Source: Takakia lepidozioides (taxonomy: Eukaryota; Plantae; Bryophyta). Taken from it: DNA of 64,000 bases. Each line of letters opens with the position of its first letter. The stretch's first letter is position 1. The stretch spans positions 50,096,001 through 50,160,000 of the forward strand of contig CM060734.1 of NCBI GenBank assembly GCA_030704615.1, in the 5' to 3' direction. The notes beneath the pieces were generated by a model. The model was not told where the DNA came from and searched no databases. It saw nothing but the letters and a program-made list of their open reading frames with translations. Shown piece by piece: positions 48,218-59,136 of this stretch. The position numbers and the translations under genes were made by a program.

Positions 48218-50104
48218 TCATAGGCCGTTGTTTCGCCGTAGCCTTGTGGCCCTAGACCCCACGCCCAATTTGGCGGGGTATAGAGAGAGACAATCTTGAC
48301 AGCATCCATGACATGGCATGATTAGACCAATAGGAGAATCCAGATCCCAAGACTGCAAATTCGATCAGAGCACTGTTTTCCTATTTGAGTTCATTTCAAT
48401 GGACATACTACTCCTTGATTACATAAAGGTATTCTGAATGAGTTATGAACTCATTTTTGGGTACAACATCTTCACCAAGGTTGTTTGCAGAGGAGGACAG
48501 CCATTCAACAATAAGAGAATACGAAAGCCATTGGGAAAGTCTTGGAATTTCAACTCTCGTCATGTATAAAGACTGGGCACGGTCATAGTCTAGATGCAAT
48601 GCAGTAACACCATGAAACTCATGCTCAGATCCTGGTGGGTTGCGATGGAGCAAATTCTGTGGTGGCCGCTTGGATGGGGCTTCCAAAGACTCACGAAGTG
48701 GGACAGTGTGCTATCCGTGGAATGGCAGTGTTTCCTGAGGGTCACAAGTTCAAGGACGAAATACACTACTATGTTGGGCAGGGCGTTCGCACGGCAGTTG
48801 TTCCAAGCACCTCCACCAAAGTTTACTGGTTTGTCCTATGGAACGAAAATTCTAAAGGTCTTCTTCCTATCTTTCAGAAGCTCACATTATAATATGAGGT
48901 TTCCTTTGTTTTTCTTTTATCCTTTCTGGGGCTGCTTGTCGAGGGCCCACTTCCTTCTTGTATCACACTTCCTCACATCCCATAAGCTTTTTGAGCTGCC
49001 CGTGGACGTTATAAACTTCATTTCCTTCCCTTGCTTCTTCAATCTTCTTTAGTTCTGTGTCCATGGGCTTCCTGTGGAGGAGAGCTTTTATTTTCTCTTG
49101 CCAGATTTTCACTTCAATGTGACTGTCAGCGTGATGCCAGGTCATTACAGGGATGCCCCATTGGCCTAACCCTATGCTTTCCAGTGGAATGTCAACTGCA
49201 AACTTCTGCTCATTGACATGGTCCACATGTCCTCAAATTGTCACTGGCTGCACTTATGTGCTATGCCCAATTGGGATTAAATTTTATTCTCTTTTGGTTG
49301 AGAAATTGTGTACAGGCCAGTAGAAAGGTAGTATGTGGCAGGGACTACGCCCGCGAGCCCACAATCAGGGTCAATCTACAGAAAGAATACTTGGTGCTCT
49401 CTCTTTCTGTCTCTCTTGTGATGCCCCTGTTTCATGATTCATGGCCAAGTAAGAAAGTCTGAAAAGTTGTCTCTAAATACTATTTTTTACTGGCAGGCTC
49501 TAAGGTCACTGATCCGAAGCTATTGAAGGAGGAGGCCTCAAGACATATTGAGGGTTGGTCCTGTGACACTAAGGAGTGCATCGACAACACTCCCCCTGAG
49601 AATTTCATCAGAAACTCGATCCGGCACCGCTGGAACTTCCCTCTCATAAGTCGCACCCCGGTGATTGATGGTGTGACACTGGCAGGCGATGCCTTGCACC
49701 CCATGACCCCCAACCTTGGGCAAGGTGGTTGCACTGCTTTGGAAGATTCTGTGATTTTGGCCCAGAAGCTTTTTCAAGCACTTTCTGGAAGCAAGAAGGG
49801 TATGAGTTTGGGAGACGCAACCGAAGGAGAGAGGGGGAGTGAGGTCGACAGTTTAACAGAGATGCAAAGAATAACCTCAGCCTTGCTGGAGTTTCAAGCA
49901 GAAAGGCGGGCACGGACTTTTCCTCTGACACTGCAATCATACATAGCTGGTGTCATTATGCAATCAGAGCTTACTCCTGTCTGCTATTTGCGGGATAAAT
50001 ACATCATTCCAAAGTCCTTAAACCCTCAAAAAATCCTTAATCATACCCTATTTGATGTTGGAACTCTCCCTGTGGTATCGACCAAGGAAACCCTATCGAG
50101 CTAG
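45391..50104 (+). CDS. FAD-dependent monooxygenase (plant MO/CTF2-like), probable plastid transit peptide, 6 exons
   Basis: Exons 45391 (or 45433)-45746, 46050-46196, 46895-46960, 47353-47524, 48629-48857 and 49497-50104. Motifs IVGAGIAGL, LVGCDGANS and LAGDALHPMTPNLGQGGC. Confidence 0.92.
47745..48300 (-). mobile_element. Two tandem 5'-truncated LINE 3' ends with (TC)n tails in intron 4 of the monooxygenase
   Basis: Minus-strand 'GNHFPIHCPGFSHQRDALF...LLG..YW...VD...KGFLEHIW*' resembles a LINE ORF2 C-terminus. A conserved ~75-nt 3' segment at 47765-47843 and 48216-48295 abuts (GA)n on the plus strand in both copies. Confidence 0.65.
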
Positions 50105-50947
50105 GAAAGTTGTGCTTAAGTACTGCAAGAAAACCAATAACCTTAGATTGAATCTTGGCTTTGCGAGACTGGGATCAATGTGTTTGTGGGGGGTATGATT
50201 GCACTGTATAGCACCAAGCCAATTTGCCAGTATGAGAACTGGACATAGTGCTGTCTGTAATCGGTGAAATCCAGCCCAGTTCTGTCCTGTGGAAGCAAAG
50301 AACATGAACTTGAAAGAATTCAATAGTCTAACCCCAAGATGGCTGCATGTGATGCCAGAATTTTGGTGTACCGGTTCAGTGAGCCATGTGGGGTGACTTG
50401 GATTGATGGTGAGCCCGCGGTATCCAGTCTGTTTCTACTTGAAGTGTGTCTATGTGGCAGAGAGTTTGATTGGCACATGAAAACTCACCAGCCTTAATCT
50501 CCTTGGGAATCCTTGCAAATGAGTTCAACAACTGTAGGTGGTTGATTGAATCATGGAGTCTTTGTTACCACCAATAACAAAGGTTTCTGATCTCTCGTTA
50601 GTGTTTGTGAAAGAAAACTAAGGATTCTTGCTCTGGATCCGAGAGAGAACCAACGTATCCCAATCTCAAGATGACGTTTCTGGGTGACAAAAATAAAGTC
50701 TCAATGGATAGACAAGTCCTCCGATGTTCATGTGGCCAGTTTTGAGCCACAAGTCTTGGAAAAGAGGTTTCGGGATTGATGCATCGTACAGTCTGTTTTC
50801 AAGAATCGAGAGAGGTAAATTTGCAGGAGTCTCTCTCTCTCTGCTACAAGCGCAGACTGCAGCATTGCAGATTGTAATGATAGGAGTACACCATTTGGAA
50901 CCAACTTGTTAACCCTGTTGCAGAATTCCAGAGCATTGTGGTGTGCA

Positions 50948-53918
50948 ATGCTGGTCTTAGGGGTAAACCAATGTGTGACAGGACTGTGTAGAAACAACTC
51001 GTTTCCAGCACTACCGGTTACCAGAGGAGCACGCCATGTAAAGAAGAATCCCACCTTTCACAGATTGGGAACAGCCAGGGCAACGGTGACAGCTCCAGGG
51101 AAGGGAGGTGGTGAGGCTACAGATGTTTCCACCAGTGGGGAGAGTCAAGTTGAGGAATCAAATTTTGATACAAGAAGAGGAGGGGATTATGACGGAGGAA
51201 AAGTAGATATAGTTGTAATCGGGGCGGGCATAGGCGGACTGTGCTGTGCAGCCTTGCTTGCAAAGTACGGGTACAAAGTGGTAGTCTGTGAGAGCCATGA
51301 CATTGCCGGAGGAGCAGGCCACGCATTCGTAAGGCAGGGATTTCACTTTGATTCTGGTCCTTCTTTTCATGCTGGCCTCTCCATCAAACCTTCCATCAAT
51401 CCTCTTAAGCAGGTGACACTTTTCCTCCTCTCCTTTTCGTATGGACGTGAATTTTAGATTACTTTTGTTTTCTTATTCCGAGACTACAACTTATCTGTCG
51501 TTTGCAGTCATATCATGCTGGCCTGATTCTTTCAATTGGTTTCGGATTTGTCTCACAAGTTGAAACAATTGCAGGTGCTGGATGCACTGGATGAACAGGT
51601 CCAATGTGTGCAATACAAAAACTGGATTGGTTATTTGCCTGAAGGAATGTTCAAGTTCACAGCTGACAGAAAGGCATATGAAGCTGAGATATGCAGAGTA
51701 GGGGGAGCTAGGGCAGCGGCAGAATGGCATGAACTTGAACAGAAGATGGAGCCCCTGGCACGGGCAGCTATGGCTCTTCCTGCAGCCGCCTTAAGATCTG
51801 ACCCTGCAGTTGTGTTCACTGCTGGTAGATTCCTGCCTCAACTTCTCCCATACCTGCCAGCCACAAAGGACTTGCTTGCTCCCTTCTCAACTATCGTTGA
51901 CCAGGTTAGATCTTGTAACACCAAATGAGAATACACGGCTTGGGGGAGTAGACAATTCAGGTGATAATCAAGTTGCATACTGTGCAACATGCTGATCAGC
52001 CTTGATGGAAACCAGGAGGCAAATGCCCCAGACACTGTGAAGTAGGGGAAAACTACCTTGAGCTCAGGTGCTCACTGGATTGAATATCCTCTGGTTGGCT
52101 CTGTTTCAATACCAATTTCAGATGGACATACGCAAACCTTGACTGATTGCTGAGATCTCCTTTGCATTTCCAAGTTCACATCTCAAGGGTTCATTTCTTG
52201 GAAGTACTTGGGGCTGCTCTATTGTTCCTTAGCTAATGTATAAGCATCTTAGTTCCTGATTTCTGTCTTGTACCTCAAATGCTTCATAAATTTTCGCCCA
52301 GATCCCAGCAAATTTTGAGTGCTGATGCATTATGACTGCATTCCAGGTTGTCAAGGATCCCTTCTTGAGGCGGCTGATTGACCTTGAGTGTTTTGTGCTG
52401 AGCGGGCTTTTAGCAGATAGGTATGCATTTGTCTTTGCATTATGCATTCAACACTGGAGTGAACAAGCCAGTACCTGGCCAGCAAAAAATTTAGCACATG
52501 GACTGCTGATATGATGGATTTAGGGAAAAGCAAGTGGAGGGAGGAATTAGCATATATTCAATCAAGCAGATGAAGAACATATCCAGACAACACTGACTCT
52601 TGTAGGTTGCGCACTCTAGCCATGGGTTCAGGGGAATAATGCAGTAAGTCAGTATGCCCAACATGAAGGAGAAGATGACCTGGGTGTGGGGAATAACTTG
52701 ATTGCAGCACAATCACTGCAGAGATGGTGACTATGTTCAAGGAGCGCCACCGTACAGGGGGTACCATCGACTATCCCCTAGGTGGAGGGGGTAGCATTAT
52801 TGATGCTCTAGTTAGAGGCTTGGAGAAAAATGGGGGCAAGTTATTGTTAAGCTCTCACGTGGACGAAATATTGCTAGAAGGGGGCCGTGCTGCAGGTCAG
52901 TATGCTCCCTACAGCTACTTTTATATACTCCTGTCTTTCTACACTCCTGCTATTGCATTTCATTTGCTGGCTTATTTGGTGGTAACACAATTTTTTTTAC
53001 AGGCGTTCGACTTCGGCGCACCCGTGGCTTGAAGAAAGGCCTACCATTCACAATCCAAGCAAGCAAGGCAGTTGTGTCAAATGCATCAATATGGGACACA
53101 GCGCACCTTTTGCCTAAAGGGGCCCTCCCCTCTCAATCCTTCAATGACCGCGCCAAATCTACAGAGAAAACAGAGAGTTTTATGCATCTGCATCTTGGCA
53201 TTGATGCTTCCAGCTTGCCAGCAGATTTGGAGTGCCATCACCTTGTGCTGAATGATTGGGACGTGGGAGTGGGGGCCCCTCAAAATGTTTGCCTAGTGTC
53301 AATTCCCACTGTTTTTGACCCTTCACTTGCCCCCCCAGGGTGCCATGTTGTGCATGCTTACACCGCTGGTAATGAGCCTTACAGCATCTGGAAGGGCATG
53401 GACCGGTCCAGCCCTGAGTATGCTGCACTAAAGGAGGAGCGCTCTCAGGTATATCTCACATTTCTATCCCTCCCATCCCTCTCTGAACACATTGCAACTG
53501 TCACTGAGCAATAGGTTTACAAAGGATGTTGCATATATTTCCCTTCTCCTTTATCTGCTTGAACCTGTCAGAAGGGTTATAATCAACATGAATTTTGGAA
53601 CAGGCATTGTGGGAAACACTGGAGAAAGTGATACCTGACATCCGGGAGAGGGTGAAGCTCAAGCTTGTAGGTACACCACTCACACATGAGCGCTACTTGC
53701 GCCGAAGTGAGGGTACCTACGGGCCTGCTATTAGAGCAGGAACAGGTTCATTTTCAGGTCCTGCCACAGAGATTCCAGGTCTACTCTGCTGCGGGGATAG
53801 CACAATGCCAGGCATTGGAGTGCCTGCAGTAGCAGCCTCGGGTATGATCACTGCCAATTCTCTTGTGCCTGTGTGGCAGCATTGGGGCCTTCTGGATTCC
53901 CTCGAAGTGTCTGCCTAA
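50948..53918 (+). CDS. Carotenoid isomerase (CRTISO/CrtH)-like FAD-dependent oxidoreductase, ~605 aa, probable plastid targeting
   Basis: Exons 50948-51412, 51575-51904, 52347-52420, 52708-52895, 53003-53448 and 53604-53918 (1818 nt). Motifs VVIGAGIGGL, FHFDSGPS, DYPLGGGG, SFMHLHLGID, GTPLTH and CGDSTMPGIGVPAVAASG. Confidence 0.92.
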
Positions 53919-55023
53919 TTTGTTGCCCTTTGCTGTCCGGTAGAGACAATGTGTCCATAGATTTTGGTACTCTATGTCACTGATATTCATTCTTCTCTCT
54001 TCCTTCATTTCCTTGACATGGACAATGTGTTCATAGACATCCTCATGGCTCTTTTAATACTGCCACTGCCCTATTAAGAAAGGAAAGCATCAGAGACCCA
54101 TTTCCTTCTGTAAGGTCGTGTGATATATCTATGCACACCTCCCTCAGGGAAGATGAAAACTAGCTTTAGATTTGGCATCGTGCTTGGACCCAGCAGAGAT
54201 GGAAAGACCATAATGCATGGGAACCTCCTGAAGATTCATCAATTCTTTCTAGTTGAGTGTTCAGGGAAAAGACACCACAAAATCCTAACGTGGACAGAGC
54301 TTACACATGCTAAACATTTGCTGAAGCTCACTTGTGATGGAAACCTCTGCTTTGTCTAATAGGGCATAGAAGGGAGGCTATCTCCTCTTGGTAGACCTGT
54401 TACGAGTTACATGTCATCATGCCATGTACAACCTTTCCTGATGCCTGACCCTCCCTACTACTTCCAACATTCTCCACATTTCCAATGAGGTAGGGCGGGG
54501 CAACAAGCTAGTTGTGTCTATGCAAAGGATTAACTCCCACCACAGGTAGGAGCCCTGCAAGATTCATCTTGTTTCTGTCCTTTAGGTCTGTCAAGCAGCT
54601 TCAGTATTGAAGTTTGGTGGCATCACAAAGTATCAAGATACTAAGACTGTCGCCTCTTGCACCACCCATGATTGACTGCCAGGGTCATGACAAATTCCAA
54701 ACAAACAACAAGAGCAGACACATTTTTAACAGCTACAAAAAGGTCACTGCCATGAAGAAGGATTACTTCACCAACAATGAGGCAACCAAAGCTGCTCATC
54801 CTCAAATCGCAATATAATGGGCTAGTACAAATCACCCTCACTGCACTACAGGGTTGATTAGCTCTATCTGTGAGCTCCAAAAGCCTCGGATGTCTCTTTC
54901 TCAAGCCTACTTTGGAGAGAAGATGATGCATTCTCTCCTTGTAAATATGATGAGGTCAGTTCCACAATGGAAACGAAAGAAAGATGTTTCCTCCTTCCTC
55001 TTCTTCTCAGAAGGCAATGCTTC

Positions 55024-55897
55024 TCAGTAGAGGGTGTCCTCCTGATGCGTCAGAATAACCACATCCGAAGTAGGGTATGCAGTACACGTGAGGACGTAAC
55101 CAGCTTTCACCTGCTCTTCATCGAGAAATGTCTGATCGCTCTGGTCCACAGTTCCTGACTTCAAGATCCCCGCACAGGATGAGCAAGACCCGGCTCTGCA
55201 AGAGAAAGGCATGTCGATGTTCAGCGCCTCAGCAGCATCCAATATGTACTGATCTTCCCTCACCTCCAGGACCTGCTCTTCTCCTGTCGGACTGGTGAGT
55301 GTCACCTGCACAACACGTAACAACAGACCATAATGTGTCGGAACGCCCAGGTTAGGCTAATGATTCTGTTTCCTTCTCAATGCTTGGTTTCAAACTTGCA
55401 TGTCCGATGTACGATCAGTTTTGAAAGCTGAGCGGATCTCATCTGAATCCGATCCTTGAAACCATTCCCGTTTATAGTACTCTCTCCTTGGAATCTTTCT
55501 TTCCTGCTTTGTCTCTGATGACTTCAGAGGAGTTACGTGGTGGTGAAAACTTCCATTTTGGGATGCGAGCGTGTGAGAAGGAAAGCATAAATCAGAATGT
55601 AACTTCGGACTTGACCCCTTCTACAGATCTGTAGGAACGGAAGAATACGGACAGTGGTGGCAGTGAGATTTTCCGGTGTTAATCTGATGGCGTGATTGAG
55701 CTTACCTTGAACGAGACCGCCTCGGCCCTGCAAGTGAGACGGCTGTTGGAAGACTCGAGACGGAATGATTGGATATGACCTCTTCTGATAAAGGCAGCTC
55801 TTAAAGCAGGTGTAACTTTTAGAGAGGAAACCGGCCGCACGGACAAGGCTGCAGTTGGCGCAGAGGCTATATGCATAGACACAGCTGCCACAGCCAT
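55024..55897 (-). CDS. Plant-type [2Fe-2S] ferredoxin with transit peptide, 157 aa, 2 exons
   Basis: Exons 55897-55706 and 55305-55024. Cluster motif CRAGSCSSC...VLTC; Ser/Ala/Arg-rich transit peptide. Confidence 0.95.
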
Positions 55898-56964
55898 CCT
55901 TCAGGAAAAAGGGGAATAACAAAGTGCTGAGAAGGAGTGATGGATCGGCTGTGATCAGTGCTGTCGCTTGGCTCACCAGAGTGTCAGAGACGAGGCGCAG
56001 AATGACAGCGCTTGCTAACGAAGCTTCGAAAGCTTCAATGAAGGAAGGCGGCAGCACCCACAAGCCCACCCCACAGATCCGGAGACAAAAGTGTTAAAGC
56101 GGCCACTGGAAGCACAATCAAGTCTCGGACATCCAAGTCTTCAGAATCTTCTAACATAAGCTGCCCCAAATGTTGGAGTTACCAAAGGGCCGAAGCACAA
56201 CCCACACTGAGCACAACCCAGAACGGAACTGGAAGATGCTGACTCTGCATTGGGCTCTCAATCAACCGCCAACCAACATCTTTTTATGAAACAACGGGTG
56301 GATTATTTTGTCACTTTTGCAAATCTAGACTGTATCGACCAGTGTTGGACTGGTATCAAGTTTTTTACATACCAGTCTCGTCCTGGTACCAGGCGTATCA
56401 CAAAGTTTTCATACCAGTCCGGTCTATATAATGGTGGATGTATATTTGTCCAAATATTGGTATGAGTATGAGTATCATGACCACAATACCAGCTGGTATG
56501 AGGTATCAACCAGTGTTGGGCGGTTACCCGCCTGGCCCGGGTAACAGCCGGTTCTGGTTCCGGTTATGTGGAACCGGACCGGAACCGGACCCGCCTGTGA
56601 GGAACCGGAACCGGAACCGGAAATTGGGGATTGATTGGGAACCGGATCCGGCGGTTCCAGCTACGACCACATGTGTGGGAACCGGGGTTTGGGGACTCTA
56701 AAGCGGTTCCGGTTCCACCCGTGGGCTATAGCCCTAAGTGTCTTTACAACTCATCCAGCTCGCTCTCTCGCATACATCTTGCTCGCTACTCTAGTCCAGG
56801 TAAGGTTCTTGTTCCGTGTCTCCATCTCCTACTTTATTTGTTTGATTTCTCTCTCGCTCTCATTTCATCTCCATCTCCATTCTCTTTCCCTCTTAGGTTG
56901 ATTGATTTAATGTGTTGTTTGTTTCTTTTCTTCTCAGTTTATCGCACAAGAAGTTTATCGCACA

Positions 56965-58690
56965 AGAAGGGGCTGATCTCTCTTATGCTGCTGTGGCAGG
57001 TGGTGGACACAAAGGGAGGGAGTGTGGGCAGGAGGGCCCCGCCAACTAGCCGTCGCTTGTTATTGGTGAGCATCCACCATGTTCTTGTTTTTTTTTTAAT
57101 TTTTTGGTTCAGCGGAGCTAATGGCCCCATGCTCTTGTATTGTGGTAAGCGGCGCATTGGAGGGAGGAAGTGCCAGCAGGAGGGCCCGCGCAACCAGACC
57201 CGTCGTCAACTAGCCCCTTGTCGGTAAGCATCCACCACTTTTGGTTATTTTATTGTTTTTAGCTTTAGTTCACCATGAAGCTAATCAGCCTCCTCCTTTT
57301 CTACTATGGCATGTGGTGCAGGTAGGGAGGACGAGTAAGGAGGGCCCCACCTGCAACCAGCCCCCTTGATCCATGGTAATCATTGATCATCATTCTTTTG
57401 TTTCTTTTCCTTTTTTTGTCATGTTTTCTTTGATGATATACCAAGGGGCTGATAGCCCCTTGCTCCACTATGGTAGATTTTACATTGGAGGGAGCACAAG
57501 CAAGGAGGGCCCCGCCAACCAGCCCACATTACCCACTGGTAAGTATCTTCCCTTTCTTTAAATTTTTTTAATTCTTGATACAATTGGGGGTTGATAAGAT
57601 AGCCCCTTTGGCTTCTGTTATGGCAGATTCTGCATGAGAGGGAGGGAGCCCAAAGCAGGGAGGGACCTGCCAACCAGCCCCCATTACCCGCTTATAACTC
57701 CCTTTCATTGAGCTTTATTTTTTTAGTTGTTTAAATTTTTGTTAAAAGAAGGGCTGATTAGCCCATTGCTCTTGTGCTACGGCTGATCGTGCATGGGAGG
57801 GAAAGGAGGGCAAGTAGGAAGGCTGGCCAACCAGCCCCTCTTGCACCACACATGTAAGCATCCCCCTTCATTTTTTTTTCCCCATAAAATTGGTATAGCA
57901 AGGGCTGATTAGCCGTTGCTAATGCAGATCACACACAAGAAGGAGGTCAGTGCAAGTAAAAAAACACGTCAACCAGCCCCTCTCATCTTGTAGTAAGCCC
58001 CCACCCTTTAGCTTAGTTTTTTAATGTTATTCTTTCCAATGTGTGGTACAACAAAAGGCTGATTCGCCCTTCCTCATAGTGATATGTTGCACTCGGGAAG
58101 GGAGCAGAAATAGGAGGCCTCTTGACCCGCCAACCAGCCCCCATTACCCGCGTGTACTTCCCCATTGTTCTTTATTTTCTTAATTATTTTAAGTTTGTGA
58201 TATAAGAGGAGCTGATTAGCTCCTTGCTCTTTTGCTATTGTAGGTCGTGCATGGGAGGGAAAGAGGGCAAGTAGGGAGGCATGCCAACCAACCCCCGTTC
58301 CACCACACATGTAAGCATGCTCCTAATTCAATGTTGCATATTTTTTTTTTCCCAGAAAATTGGCATAGCAAGGGGCTGATCAGCCCCCTACTCTGTTGCT
58401 ATATAGATCACACACAAGAAGGAGGAGTGCGAGTTTAGAGCCCGCTAACCAGCCCCCTCATCCTATGGTAAGCCCCCACTTTTTAATAGCTTAGTTTTTT
58501 ATTTTATTTTTTCCAATGTGTGGTACAACAGAGGGATGATTTGATCCTCCTCTCGTAGTGAAAGTTTGAACTCGGAAAGGGGAGCACAAATATCAAGAAG
58601 GCTTGACAGCCAGCCCCTACCTCTTGTAGACAATCACCCCACTTTAAAGCTTCATAATTTTTAGTTATAACTCTTCATGTTGTGGTACAA
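56965..58690 (+). repeat. ~11 degenerate ~150-bp tandem units, each resembling branch point, acceptor, mini-exon, donor and T-rich intron
   Basis: Recurring G(G/A)GCT(G/A)AT...TGCTC..TGGCAG | purine-rich GGAGGG..GCCAACCAGCCCC | GTAAGCATCC + T-rich tract. Confidence 0.8.
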
Positions 58691-58695
58691 CAAGG

Positions 58696-58765
58696 ACTCA
58701 TAAGACGTTGTTTGCCGTAGCCTTGTGGCCATTGACCCCGCGCCCAGGAACAAAAGGGACAAAAC
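58696..58765 (-). mobile_element. Third copy of the LINE-like 3'-end segment, inside the hAT element
   Basis: ACTCATAAGACGTTGTTTGCCGTAGCCTTGTGGCCATTGACCCCGCGCCCA differs from 47765-47815 at 3 of 51 positions. Confidence 0.75.
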
Positions 58766-59136
58766 TTTATTTATATGTGGTGGGAGCATTGCAGATCATT
58801 TCCCAAGGCATGAAGTAGCCAAGCTGACCACTGAAGCATAAGACTGGTCCACCCCCAACTTGCTAGGTAGTTTTTGTAATTTGAAAATGTAAATGTACAT
58901 GTACTAGATAAAAAAAATAACGTAGATCTAAATATAGGCCATGTATGTAACATTCAGCTCAATATGAAATAATAAATTGAGCAGTGCGGTGTCTCTCCCC
59001 ACACTTTCGTTTTGGTCAGCCATATACCATTCCAAACTTTTGTAAATATATGAGTTGTGCACAATTATTAAATGCCTTTTGGATTCTTTGTTTGCATTGT
59101 TTTTACACATGAGTTGTTCCACAAGTTTTTTATGTC

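Noticed and set aside
47765-48295. Self-cleaving ribozyme (hammerhead, HDV or pistol) in the repeated 75-nt segment
   Set aside because: I could not place a CTGANGA core or the required pseudoknots in all three copies. The upstream LINE-like coding remnant explains the segment better.
54614-54817. Second trihelix-like fragment ('HDKF...YKKV')
   Set aside because: Too few conserved residues; it lies between two convergent 3' ends.
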